Assembly: GCA_963697895.1 (NCBI GenBank)
Contig: OY969100.1
Coordinates: forward strand, 1,760,001-1,824,000
DNA length: 64,000 nt
Reading direction: 5' to 3'
From: an uncultured Methanomicrobiales archaeon
GTDB lineage: Archaea > Halobacteriota > Methanomicrobia > Methanomicrobiales > Methanospirillaceae
Shown here: in pieces, positions 21,211 through 31,676 of the stretch
How positions within the stretch are numbered: position 1 is the first letter of the stretch
Layout of the letters: each line of letters starts with the position of its first letter
Made by a program: the position numbers and the translations under genes
Notes under the pieces: generated by a model
Told to the model about the DNA's origin: nothing
Seen by the model: the letters and a program-made list of their open reading frames with translations, nothing else
Databases searched by the model: none

Positions 21211-22575
21211 ATGGATAACAGGATAGATAACGTCTTTCGTGCCCTCTTTACCCTTGAGGACCTGCGGGAAATCCACCGCAAGGCACTCCCCACGGGTATG
21301 GATGCTAAAGAGGAGGACCAGTACCGGGAAACCCTGGCCCGCCTGAAAAGGATCATCTCTGATATCGAGCGGGGGAGACCCGCAAAGGAAATCACGAAAA
21401 TCGCCGGAACCATTGATATCCGTACCCGTGAGGAGAATTACATCAATATTCAGCCCATCCAGGCTGCAGGACGGCTCACACCGGAGGCACGGAAGGCGGT
21501 TATTGCATATGGAGACGGGTATTCGACCTGTGACGCCTGCCGAAAACCCTTCCGCCTCGACAAGATCTCAAGGCCGGGGATAGCCGAGTTCCATGCAGAC
21601 CTTGCAAAGTTCGTGAATATGGACCAGGCCCGGGTCGTGCCTGGGGCGAGGCGCGGGTTCCAGGCAGTCACGGGGACATTAGTGGAGAAAGGCGACAGCG
21701 TAATCGTATCCGCACTTGCTCACTATACCGAGTTCCTCGCAGTGGAAAATGCCGGAGGGATCGTTAAGGAAGTGCCCCTCAACGAGAAAAATATCGTAAC
21801 GGCAGATGCGATGGCACAAAAAATCGAGGATGTCAAACGGGAGACGGGAGAACTCCCGGTACTCGTCATGATCGACCACATCGATTACCAGTTCGCAAAT
21901 GAGCACGAGATCGCCGGAATCGGAAAAGTCGCGCACCAGTACGACATCCCGTTCCTCTATAATGGTGCCTACACTGTCGGGGTCATGCCGGTCGACGGTA
22001 AGAAAATAGGAGCTGACTTTGTCGTCGGCTCCGGACACAAGAGTATGGCATCGGTCGCACCGTCCGGGGTGCTTGCGATGACTGATGAATGGGCACCTTC
22101 CGCGCTCCGCACCACCGCGATGGTCGGTGACCTTACCAAGAGGAAGTTTGGCATCAAGGAGGTCGAGATGCTCGGATGCACGCTGATGGGCGGGACCCTC
22201 ATTTCCATGATGGCCTCGTTCCCGATCGTCAAAGCACGGACGCAGATTTGGGACAATGAGGTAAAAAGGTCCAACTACTTCATCGACCGTCTGTTGAAAA
22301 TTTCCGGCAGCACAGTGCTCTCTGAGTATCCACGCAAGCATACCCTCACGAAGGTGGACACAACAGGAAGCTTCGATACTGTGGCAAAAACTCACAAACG
22401 GCGCGGGTTCTACTTCAGCGACGAATTGTCATCCCGCGGGATCGCCGGAGAGTTTGCCGGGGCGACGAGGACCTGGAAGCTGAACACCTACGGGCTCAGT
22501 GATAAGAAAATCCGGTACCTTGCGGACGTTATCACCGAAATTGCGGAAAAATACGAATTACCCGTCTGTAAATGA
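21211..22575 (+). CDS. pscS: Sep-tRNA:Cys-tRNA synthase with an N-terminal SepCysE-like extension
   Basis: PIQAAGRLT, GDGYSTCDAC, GSGHKS, EMLGCT; AGGTGA RBS before ATG 21211; about 65 extra N-terminal residues. Confidence 0.93.
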   Translation: MDNRIDNVFRALFTLEDLREIHRKALPTGMDAKEEDQYRETLARLKRIISDIERGRPAKEITKIAGTIDIRTREENYINIQPIQAAGRLTPEARKAVIAYGDGYSTCDACRKPFRLDKISRPGIAEFHADLAKFVNMDQARVVPGARRGFQAVTGTLVEKGDSVIVSALAHYTEFLAVENAGGIVKEVPLNEKNIVTADAMAQKIEDVKRETGELPVLVMIDHIDYQFANEHEIAGIGKVAHQYDIPFLYNGAYTVGVMPVDGKKIGADFVVGSGHKSMASVAPSGVLAMTDEWAPSALRTTAMVGDLTKRKFGIKEVEMLGCTLMGGTLISMMASFPIVKARTQIWDNEVKRSNYFIDRLLKISGSTVLSEYPRKHTLTKVDTTGSFDTVAKTHKRRGFYFSDELSSRGIAGEFAGATRTWKLNTYGLSDKKIRYLADVITEIAEKYELPVCK

Positions 22576-22584
22576 GGACCAACA

Positions 22585-23883
22585 ATGTCAGACAAGAAAT
22601 TCCGTTTAGGAACGACCGCCCTCCATGCAGGGCAGGTACCCGACCCAACCACCGGGTCACGGACTGTACCGATCTACCAGACGACCTCGTACATGTTCAA
22701 GAACACGGAGCATGCTGCAAACCTATTCGGGTTAAAAGAGCTCGGGAATATCTACACCCGGCTTATGAACCCGACAACGGATGTCTTCGAAAAGCGCATT
22801 GCTGCAATTGAAGGAGGGACCGGCGCCATCGCAACAGCATCGGGAGCTGCGGCAATAACCTACGCGATCCTGAACATCACTCGTCCCGGTGACGAGATCG
22901 TCTCAGCAGACAACCTGTATGGCGGTACGTACGAGTTCTTCCACTATACCCTCCCGAAGTTCGGGCGGTACGTCATCTTCGTAAACTCCTCAAAACCGGA
23001 AGAATTCAGGAAAGCGATCACCGGGAAGACAAAGGCGATCTATGCTGAGACCGTCGGCAACCCGAAACTGGATGTCCCTGACTTTGAGAAGATTGCGCAG
23101 ATAGCCCATGATGCCGGCGTTCCCTTTATCGTTGACAACACGACCGGAGTCGGTCTTGTCCGCCCGATAGATCACGGTGCTGATGTCGTCGTCCATTCGG
23201 CGACCAAGTACATCGGCGGTCATGGGAACTCTCTCGGGGGAGTCGTCGTCGACTCTGGCAAATTCGCGTGGAATAATGGTAAGTTCCCCGAGTTCACCGA
23301 TCCGGACCCGAGTTATCACGGCCTGAAATACTGGGACACGTTCGGAAATTTTCCCGGCCTCGGGAACGTGGCATTTGTCTTCAAGATCCGGGTCTCACTC
23401 ATGAGGGATACCGGTGCCGTACTCAGCCCGTTCAATGCCTGGCTTTTCCTCCTCGGCCTTGAGACCCTGCACCTGCGGGTACCCCGCCACTCTGAGAATG
23501 CCCTTGCCGTCGCGGAATTCCTTAACAACCACCCGAAGGTGGCCTGGGTGAACTATCCGGGACTTCCCGATAACCCAAACCACGAGCTCACAAAAAAATA
23601 CCTTGTAGGCGGGTATGGCCCACTTGTCGGGGTTGGTATAAAGGGCGGTGAAAAGGCAAGCAGAAAGTTCATAGACAGCCTCAAGCTATTCAGTAACCTC
23701 GCTAATATCGGAGACTCGAAGAGCCTGGTCATCCACCCGGCGAGCACGACTCACCAGCAACTCACGGTCGAGGAACAGGCAAAGACCGGTGTCACGCCAG
23801 ATGCAGTTCGGCTCGCGATCGGTACCGAAGATATCGAAGATATTCTCTCAGACCTGGATCAGGCATTGGAAGGGGCTTGTTGA
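22585..23883 (+). CDS. metY: O-acetylhomoserine aminocarboxypropyltransferase (sulfhydrylase)
   Basis: [37 protein letters not shown]. Confidence 0.93.
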   Translation: MSDKKFRLGTTALHAGQVPDPTTGSRTVPIYQTTSYMFKNTEHAANLFGLKELGNIYTRLMNPTTDVFEKRIAAIEGGTGAIATASGAAAITYAILNITRPGDEIVSADNLYGGTYEFFHYTLPKFGRYVIFVNSSKPEEFRKAITGKTKAIYAETVGNPKLDVPDFEKIAQIAHDAGVPFIVDNTTGVGLVRPIDHGADVVVHSATKYIGGHGNSLGGVVVDSGKFAWNNGKFPEFTDPDPSYHGLKYWDTFGNFPGLGNVAFVFKIRVSLMRDTGAVLSPFNAWLFLLGLETLHLRVPRHSENALAVAEFLNNHPKVAWVNYPGLPDNPNHELTKKYLVGGYGPLVGVGIKGGEKASRKFIDSLKLFSNLANIGDSKSLVIHPASTTHQQLTVEEQAKTGVTPDAVRLAIGTEDIEDILSDLDQALEGAC

Positions 23884-25359
23884 TGATCAAAGGTTCGGTG
23901 GGTATTGTGGAGACGAAGTATTACCAACATCAGTACATACTCGAACTAGAAAGCGGGGAAACCCTGCCTTTTCTCACAATCGCCTACGAGACCTATGGAA
24001 AACTGAACCGGGACAAGAGTAACGGGATTCTGCTCTGTCATGCCCTTTCAGGGGATGCCCATGTCGCCGGATTTCATGAAGGCGATGAAAAGGCCGGGTG
24101 GTGGGATAGTGTCGTCGGCCCCGGGAAAGCAATTGATACAGATCGTTACTTTGTCGTATGTTCCAATGTGATCGGCGGGTGCAAGGGCTCCACTGGTCCT
24201 TCGTCCCCTCATCCTGAAACCGGGAAGCCCTATGGGTTATCCTTTCCGGTCATCACCATCGGTGACATGGTGACAGTCCAGAAGATGCTCCTCGATCACC
24301 TGGGGATAAAGCGGCTTTTCGCCGTTGCGGGAGGGTCGATGGGAGGAATGCAGGCACTGCAATGGACGGTCTCCTACCCCGACATGGTAAAAAAAGCGAT
24401 CATCATCGCAGCAACCGGGTATTCAACACCCCAGCAGATCGCGTTTAATGAAGTGGGGAGGAAGGCGATCATCTCCGATCCCGACTGGAACAACGGGGAT
24501 TATTACGGAAGATCGCTGCCCATCCATGGGCTTTCGCTGGCACGGATGGTCGGTCATATCACCTACCTGTCCGACGAGTCGATGCACGCAAAGTTCGGAA
24601 GGGCGCTGCAGGGCAAGGAGCAGATCGGGTTTGACCTCTCCACCGACTTTCAGGTGGAGAGTTACCTCCATCACCAGGGCGATACATTTACCCGGCGGTT
24701 TGATGCGAACTCATACCTGTACATCACCAAGGCGATCGACTACTTTGATCTGACACAAGACGATTCACTCACAAACGGCCTCTCGGGGGCAAAGGCAAAC
24801 TTCCTCGTCATCTCGGTCTCCTCCGACTGGCTCTACCCTCCGTACCAGTCGCAGGAGATCGTATCAGCGCTGGCGGCAAACGAGCGGGATGTTCATTACT
24901 GTGAGATACGCTCCAATTATGGCCACGATGCCTTTCTGCTGGAATCCGGGCAGCTCGAACTACCTTATCGGGAAATTCCTCTCCTCAACCGTGGTGGAGG
25001 ATATAATGACCCGGAATATCCAGATTATCGAGGAAGGAACGACGATCGCAGTCGCGGCGCGTTGCATGATAACGGTGGGGGTAAACCACCTCCCTGTTCT
25101 TACCAGTAATGGGAAACTCGTAGGGATTGTTACATCATGGGACATTGCAAAGGCAGTGGCCTCCAATTACCTGTGGCTGGATGAGATCATGTCAAAAAAT
25201 GTAATCACGAGCACGGTGGGTGAGTCAATCGAGTCGGCGGCAAAGAAGATGGAAGAACATCAGATCTCGGCGCTTCCGGTAATTGATGAACAGGAACATG
25301 TTATCGGGCTTGTCACGAGCGAAGCAATCAGTATGCTCATCGGTGGGTGGAATACGTGA
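23883..25359 (+). CDS. metX: Homoserine O-acetyltransferase with C-terminal CBS pair (frameshift near 24957)
   Basis: CHALSGD, GGSMGG, YGHDAFL; removing one base joins it to the CBS-domain ORF ending at 25359. Confidence 0.88.
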
Positions 25360-25871
25360 GAATTCTTTCCATTCATGCCGATTCAATGTGGTACCGTGCA
25401 ACACAGAAGACGCAAATGGCCGAGTACATCCAGCAGAGGGAAGATCTGATGAAGGAATGTGTCGTGCTCTTCTGCTGTGTGGAAAAGCTGGACGAGCGGA
25501 GCCCGGATTACGTGATCGCAAGCGCGATAAGGAACATCCTCGAACGGCTGAACAAATTGAAGGTGCACCAGGTGATGATCTATCCGTACGCACATCTCAC
25601 GAGCACACTCGGCTCTCCGGAGTGTGCGCTCCGGATCCTCATAGGTATTGAAGAAGGGCTTCGTGCATCGTCGGTGGAGGTCAAACGGGCGCCGTTTGGC
25701 TGGTATAAGGAGTTCGAGATCCGGGGAAAGGGACACCCGCTTGCGGATCTCTCCATGACAATCTGCCCGTATGAAGGGGTCGAATGTGATTTCCAGTGCC
25801 CGTACTGCAAAAATCCGATCAAGGAAGGCGATCTCCAGAGAACCCGACCTGTGGCGCACATCATGAATTAG
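25347..25871 (+). CDS. Stand-alone archaeal ThrRS editing domain (Ser-tRNA deacylase-like) with a Cys-rich tail
   Basis: [30 protein letters not shown]; tail CPY...CDFQCPYC. Confidence 0.85.
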   Translation: MEYVRILSIHADSMWYRATQKTQMAEYIQQREDLMKECVVLFCCVEKLDERSPDYVIASAIRNILERLNKLKVHQVMIYPYAHLTSTLGSPECALRILIGIEEGLRASSVEVKRAPFGWYKEFEIRGKGHPLADLSMTICPYEGVECDFQCPYCKNPIKEGDLQRTRPVAHIMN

Positions 25872-25897
25872 ACGGTACCCGGGGATGGAATATTCGA

Positions 25898-27010
25898 ATG
25901 ACAAGGCAATGGCTCGTCCGATATTCGGAACTGTTCCTGAAATCAGACCCGGTTCGTCGTCGGTGGGAACAGGTCCTCATTGCGAATATCCTGAAGGTAT
26001 CGCCGGAGATCCAGGTAAGAAGCGAGCGTGGACGCATTTGGCTTAGCGGAGAGGTGATTCCGGAGTGGCTGGAAAAAATCTTCGGCGTTATCTCGTTCTC
26101 CGAGGTCGAGCAGGTACCACTCGGACGGCTCGATTCGGTCCTTCCGGATTACTGCCGTTGTAAAGGGATGGAAAAGGTCAAAACGTTTGCCATCCGAATG
26201 AAGCGGGTTGGGAATCATACCTTCACTTCGCATGAAAAAGCGATCGAATACGGCAACCTGATTCGAAGAACGTTTCCACACCTGAAAGTGAACCTTGCGA
26301 CTCCGGATAAGGAGATATTCATTGAGATCCGGGGATACGAATGTTACCTGTATGATTCGATGATCAAGGGGCCGGGGGGTCTTCCCCTGGGCGTTGAAGG
26401 AACACTGGTTGCGCTCCTGTCCGGTGGAATCGACTCGCCGGTTGCCACATGGATGATGATGAAGCGGGGGTGCAGGATCATTCCGTTGTTCATCGCCCTC
26501 GACAGTGTCCTCGATGAGACTAACCGCGAGCGTGCAGAGAGCGTCGTCGAAGCACTACGGGCGTATCAGCCGGATATCGAGCTCTGCGTGATCACCGATT
26601 CGTATCTTTCCCGTGCAAAACAGGAACTCACACGGGTCGGTCTGGAAAAATATACCTGTATCTTCTGTAAACGAAGGATGTACCGGGTCGCAGAAAAGTT
26701 CGCGCGAAATGCGGGGGCGAAAGGGTTCGTTACGGGTGAATCCCTCGGACAGGTCGCGTCCCAGACACTGGATAATCTCATGGTCCTGAACGAGGCAGCG
26801 ACCATGCCGGTATACCGCCCCCTCATCGGGTTTGACAAGGAAGAAACAATCCGCATCGCACGGGAGATTGGCACCTTCGCCGCTTCCATCACACACGCAA
26901 CCGGATGTACAGCGGTTCCGAAGGGACCCTCAACGAAGGCAGATCTCGACACAATCAGACAGATTGAAAAGGAACTACTTTCCTTCAGTGATACTATTCC
27001 CTTATCCTGA
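25898..27010 (+). CDS. thiI: tRNA 4-thiouridine synthase ThiI (methanogen Fe-S type)
   Basis: VRYSELFLKS, THUMP region, LLSGGIDSPVA, CIFCKR, GESLGQVASQT; no rhodanese domain. Confidence 0.93.
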   Translation: MTRQWLVRYSELFLKSDPVRRRWEQVLIANILKVSPEIQVRSERGRIWLSGEVIPEWLEKIFGVISFSEVEQVPLGRLDSVLPDYCRCKGMEKVKTFAIRMKRVGNHTFTSHEKAIEYGNLIRRTFPHLKVNLATPDKEIFIEIRGYECYLYDSMIKGPGGLPLGVEGTLVALLSGGIDSPVATWMMMKRGCRIIPLFIALDSVLDETNRERAESVVEALRAYQPDIELCVITDSYLSRAKQELTRVGLEKYTCIFCKRRMYRVAEKFARNAGAKGFVTGESLGQVASQTLDNLMVLNEAATMPVYRPLIGFDKEETIRIAREIGTFAASITHATGCTAVPKGPSTKADLDTIRQIEKELLSFSDTIPLS

Positions 27011-27069
27011 TATTAGGGTTCGGGGTACATGTCGGGTCATTCGGTTACTGCCCGAAAAGATATTCCTGA

Positions 27070-27354
27070 TCATGGCTTTTTTCTCGCCTTCGCCCGGATC
27101 ATATCGGCTTCTTCCGCGGATTCGACACGGAGGATATAGGTCCCGTAACAGGGTTTTGTATAGGGGAGGATGACCACCGGACCTTCCAGGCCGATTGAGA
27201 TGGGGGGCACGCCGATCAAACATTTCTCAAAGATTTTAAAGCCGGGATCCACGTAGTATCTCTCCTCACAACGATCCTCGATATATTTCCGCGATTCCTT
27301 AAATGAGACTCCGAAAGCGAGAACTTCGTATCCTAGGTCTTCGACGCAGCCCAT
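27070..27354 (-). CDS. DUF1894-family protein
   Basis: MGCVEDLGYE..., IGVPPI, YTKPCYGT; paired with DUF1890. Confidence 0.72.
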   Translation of the reverse strand: MGCVEDLGYEVLAFGVSFKESRKYIEDRCEERYYVDPGFKIFEKCLIGVPPISIGLEGPVVILPYTKPCYGTYILRVESAEEADMIRAKARKKP

Positions 27355-27806
27355 CCAAACACCTCGTCCATTTTCCTCCGCAGCTGCCCGGGATTATGCA
27401 CAGCTTTCTCCACAATCTTCTCACAGGGTACCTCGAGTTGTTCCCCCAAAGCCTCGGCCTCCCTTCCGAAGATCACTGCAATAAGCCGCCCTCCGGTCAG
27501 AAACCGAACGGTAGTTGCATACGAAATCCCGGCATCACTGTGGGCGAAGACAATGCAGAGCTTTGGTTGACGTTTTTTTGTCGAAAGTTCCTCAATGCAC
27601 CGGTCCAGTTCCACGAATTTTTTAATATACATCTTTGCCGGATCAGATACCCGCAACAACGTTAATACCGCCGCATTACCAGCAACCACCAGGGGCTGCC
27701 CGCTCTGGTTGAACCGATACCCACAGTACAGTGCAAGCGCCTGTTGAACCGGTACCTCAGGGCAACCAAGAATTAACAATGGTTCCGTATTTTCAGTATC
27801 ATTCAT
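27333..27806 (-). CDS. DUF1890-family protein
   Basis: LILGCPEVPVQ, HSDAG, AVHNP motifs. Confidence 0.75.
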   Translation of the reverse strand: MNDTENTEPLLILGCPEVPVQQALALYCGYRFNQSGQPLVVAGNAAVLTLLRVSDPAKMYIKKFVELDRCIEELSTKKRQPKLCIVFAHSDAGISYATTVRFLTGGRLIAVIFGREAEALGEQLEVPCEKIVEKAVHNPGQLRRKMDEVFGWAASKT

Positions 27807-27894
27807 AGAGATCCCACAGGGACAAAGCCGGATTTGCATTGGAGCGTCGCTGATTTGTAGTCAGCCAACGAGTTGTTATTCAGCTTCTGTTCGG

Positions 27895-27921
27895 TTCACA
27901 ATTGTGATTCACAATTGTGAA
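27895..27921. promoter_or_regulatory. Tandem overlapping operators TTCACAATTGTGAT and TTCACAATTGTGAA upstream of DUF1890
   Basis: Copies at 27895-27908 and 27908-27921. Confidence 0.85.
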
Positions 27922-28088
27922 ATAATTCTCGGTCTATATTCTATAAGAACATATTCTTTGAGGAAAATCGATAAGGAATTTCATATAGGTAATGCGGCCC
28001 AGATTAGAAATATTTTATAAATACATGGATGATAGGATACACGTTATTTTCAGCGATTGATATAACCATTGAGTGAATTGATCTAAAG

Positions 28089-28102
28089 ATAACAATTGTG
28101 AA
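28089..28102. promoter_or_regulatory. Operator variant ATAACAATTGTGAA upstream of the desulfurase-cysM operon
   Basis: 12/14 match to the palindrome. Confidence 0.7.
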
Positions 28103-28173
28103 CATTTTTATCCCATGCGATTCTCATGAGTATTGCACATTCCGTGGATACCTTTTCTCCAGGGTGATTGTTG

Positions 28174-29340
28174 ATGTATGATCTACAAAAGTTACGCCAG
28201 GAATTTCCGATACTTTCAAAATGTGTCTACCTAGACAGTGCCTCGACCAGCCAGACACCCCGGTGCTCTGTCGATGCGATGTGTGAATATTTCTTCGAAT
28301 ATGCGGCGAACCATGGAAGAGGTGCTCATCACCTCGCCCGGAAGACAACCGAAAGGTACGAAGAGACCAGAACCAGGCTCGGAAATTTTCTGAAGGTCAC
28401 TCCGGATCACATTATATTCACAAAGAATACCACAGATGCGGTAAATACGGTTGCAAACGGGCTTACGTGGAAACGGGGCGATGAAATTATCACCACGTGG
28501 CTGGAACATCATTCAAATCTTCTTCCCTGGATGATGCTTAAGCGAAAGGGTGTCCGACTTACGATCATCCCACATGAGAACGGATATCTCGATCCCCATG
28601 CAATCCAGGAGGCAATCTCATCAAAGACGAGATTGATTGCGGTCACCCATATGCCCAATATCCTCGGAACGGTCCAACCGGTCGAGGCAATCGGTCGAAT
28701 CGCCCATGATGCCGGGGTGCCTGTGGTCGTTGACGGAGCGCAATCCGTCGGGCATTTTCCTGTTGATGTTACTTATATCGATTACCTGGCAATTCCCGGT
28801 CACAAAGGACTTCTCGGGCCGCAGGGTACTGGGGCGCTTTATACGAAAGATCCAGAGTCTTTGAATTGTTCGATCTACGGGGGAGGGATGGTGGTATCCG
28901 TCTCGCATAATGAAGTAAAATTACTCCCTCCCCCAGCCAAATTTGAACCAGGGACGCCAAATATCCCGGGAGTTATCGGGCTCGGTCCGGCAATTAATCT
29001 CGTCAGTTCAATGGGCGTCAGGAATATTCACTCTTATGAGAAGAAACTCGGCTCTCAGATGTATGCGGGATTGGTAAGAATTCCCGGCGTGAGTATATAC
29101 AGCCCGCACGGAACCGGCGTAGTTTCATTCAATGTCGCCGGGCATAATCCGAATGAATTTTCCCGGAAGCTTGATGATTACCGGAAGATCTGTGTGAGGA
29201 GCGGTATGCATTGCGCAGAACCACTGGCGAGCAGTTATCATTGTGAAGGGACGATCCGGGCCTCGGTCGGTTGTTATACCACGTCTGATGAAGTTGATGA
29301 CCTGATCGAGAGTGTCCGGCATCTGAGCGGGAACGATTAG
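28174..29340 (+). CDS. SufS-like (class II) cysteine desulfurase, island copy
   Basis: YLDSAST, EHHSN, PGHKGLLGP, RSGMHCA. Confidence 0.92.
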   Translation: MYDLQKLRQEFPILSKCVYLDSASTSQTPRCSVDAMCEYFFEYAANHGRGAHHLARKTTERYEETRTRLGNFLKVTPDHIIFTKNTTDAVNTVANGLTWKRGDEIITTWLEHHSNLLPWMMLKRKGVRLTIIPHENGYLDPHAIQEAISSKTRLIAVTHMPNILGTVQPVEAIGRIAHDAGVPVVVDGAQSVGHFPVDVTYIDYLAIPGHKGLLGPQGTGALYTKDPESLNCSIYGGGMVVSVSHNEVKLLPPPAKFEPGTPNIPGVIGLGPAINLVSSMGVRNIHSYEKKLGSQMYAGLVRIPGVSIYSPHGTGVVSFNVAGHNPNEFSRKLDDYRKICVRSGMHCAEPLASSYHCEGTIRASVGCYTTSDEVDDLIESVRHLSGND

Positions 29341-29345
29341 ATCTT

Positions 29346-30275
29346 ATGGTCTCCATAGATCAAGCGCGAACGGTTCTTGATGCAATCGGGAACACCCCGC
29401 TCGTCGAGATCCGGAACCTAAACCCCTATCCGGCGATCCGCATCTTTGCAAAGTTTGAAGGCTGCAATCCCGGAGGGTCGATCAAGGACCGGATTGCCCT
29501 TTTCATGATCCTTGCAGCGGAACAATCCGGTGAACTTTCGCGCGATAAAATCATTATGGAACCGACCTCAGGGAATACCGGTATTTCGCTCGCCATGATC
29601 GGAGCTGCAAAAGGGTACCGGGTAAAGCTGGTTATGCCTGGTTGCGTAAGTGTCGAACGCAGACGAATTATTGAGGCGTTTGGGGCGGAAGTGGTGATCA
29701 CCCCTTCGGAGGAGGGAACGGATGGCGCGATCCGGCGAGCATGGAAACTTGCTCAGGAGGACCCGGATATGTACTATATGCCCGATCAGTTCTCAAATCC
29801 TGCGAATATTCAGGCCCATTATGAAACCACAGGTCCGGAGATATATCGCGCACTGGACGGGAAGATCGATTGTTTTGTCGCAGGTATGGGTACCACGGGG
29901 ACACTGATGGGTGTCGGGCGATTTTTAAAAGAGATGAATCCGGGGATACGCATTATTGGGATTGAACCTGAACCGGGACATGCCATCCAGGGCCTGAAAA
30001 ACATGGAAGAGGCAATCGTACCGAAGATCTACGATGCAAATCTGCTCGATGAAAAGATACGGATCGGAGATGAGGAGGCGTATGTGATGGCCCGGAAAAT
30101 TGCGACCCGGGAAGGGATATTCACTGGCATGTCGAGCGGAGCAGCTTTTGCTGGAGTGCTGAAAGTCGCAGAATCACTGGATTCCGGAACCATCGTCACC
30201 ATCTTCCCGGACCGTGGGGACCGTTACCTCAGTACCACCCTATTCCGTTCGATCTGCGGCGATTGCAATCCTTAG
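29346..30275 (+). CDS. cysM: Cysteine synthase (CysK/CysM family)
   Basis: IGNTPL, NPGGSIKDR, PTSGNTG, GMGTTGT, PDRGDRYLST; C-terminal CGDC. Confidence 0.88.
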   Translation: MVSIDQARTVLDAIGNTPLVEIRNLNPYPAIRIFAKFEGCNPGGSIKDRIALFMILAAEQSGELSRDKIIMEPTSGNTGISLAMIGAAKGYRVKLVMPGCVSVERRRIIEAFGAEVVITPSEEGTDGAIRRAWKLAQEDPDMYYMPDQFSNPANIQAHYETTGPEIYRALDGKIDCFVAGMGTTGTLMGVGRFLKEMNPGIRIIGIEPEPGHAIQGLKNMEEAIVPKIYDANLLDEKIRIGDEEAYVMARKIATREGIFTGMSSGAAFAGVLKVAESLDSGTIVTIFPDRGDRYLSTTLFRSICGDCNP

Positions 30276-30976
30276 AAAGAAGATCATTATTTATTTACTA
30301 AAGTTCAAGTCCACACAGGTCGGTAAGTATTCCACGCTGATGCAGATCGTCGCTCGACCCGTGTGATAATATCATCCGCAGGGGCGATGTTCGTTGCCCC
30401 TCCTCGTGCAATTGGAACTTGAATTCCCGAAGTATATCTGTGTATGGCAGGCAGAGGTGCAATGCATATTGAAATTGATCAGTGATTTAAGCGTGGTCAT
30501 CGTGCTTTAAGACGAATCTTCACCAAGGCTCGGTACAAGATCATCGTTCTTCTAGTCTACCTTGGTATCAATAATAAATCGTAATAATTCGCATTGATAC
30601 CATGCCAACTTAGTATTATTATTACTCAGAAAGGAGTGCTGCTTTGGAGCATCCGCGCCTGCGGTTAAAATCCCCCAGAATTTTATCTTTGGTGATCATT
30701 TTTCCACCAAGTTTGATCTATTCACGGGGATCTATAAATTATTGTTGATGTTTTTGTTATGTACTAACGTTTTTACTTGATTATAATCGTGAAATCAAGG
30801 TCCCGGGTCATTCAACTCCAGACAATATCCTCAATCAAAACAGTTCCCGGTGATGACGCATCGGGGGTTGGATCCCGATCGTCAGAGACTGTCCTCGGAT
30901 ACCTCCTGAGACTTTGAAAACATCCTTGTTTATATATCAGAGTGAGACTCATACTGTTTTAAGGAGAGAAAACAGG

Positions 30977-31676
30977 ATGGTCAATAAAGAGATATTTCTC
31001 TGCCAGATTTGCAGGGAGCGAAAAACACAGGATGAAATTGTGCCCGCTCAATCGGTTCCAGAGCCCATCGCCGATCTGATTCGGAAAGAATATCCCTCGT
31101 GGTCATCGAGTGGCTACATTTGCCGATCTGATTTTGACCTTTTCAGGGCGTATTACGTCGGAGAGGTGCTGGAAAAAGAGAAAAATGAACTCGCCTTGCT
31201 GGAAGAGGTTGTCGGACAAACAATGAAAGACCATGCGCAGTCCGTAAAAAATATCAATATCGAATTTGAACGCCAGCAAAGCTACGGGAGCACCTTTCTG
31301 ATAATATCGCCGATTTTGCGGGGAGCTGGACATTCGTAATCATTTTTTCGGGAGTGATATTACTGTGGGTTGTTGTCAACACTTTCATCATTTTAACGAG
31401 ACCATTTGACCCATATCCCTATATTCTGCTCAATCTCGTCCTCTCGACAGTTGCCGCGCTCCAAGCTCCCATCATCATAATGAGTCAGAAGCGGCATGAA
31501 TCGCGGGACCGCCTCAATGCAAAACAAGATTACCGTTTAAATTTGCATCCTGAAATGGAAATTCATCAATTGCATAAAAAAATTGACCATCTCCTTTTTG
31601 GTCAAGGGCAAAAGCTTCTGGAGATACAGAAGATCAAGTGGAACTGATGGAGGATCTTTTCCGGAAATCCCAATAA
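30977..31676 (+). CDS. DUF1003 membrane protein (frameshifts near 31288 and 31634)
   Basis: CQIC...IC; after frame correction ADFAGSWTF, FDPYPYILLNLVLS, QAPIIIMSQ. Confidence 0.75.

Noticed and set aside
10428-23883. C-terminal Cys tails on IscS, PscS and MetY as a shared signal
   Set aside because: Two of them arise in overlaps with downstream start regions and no common motif is evident
11721-28102. Palindrome as lac operator, CRP site or vector contamination
   Set aside because: It shares only AATTGTGA with lacO, has different symmetry, and sits in native archaeal promoter positions
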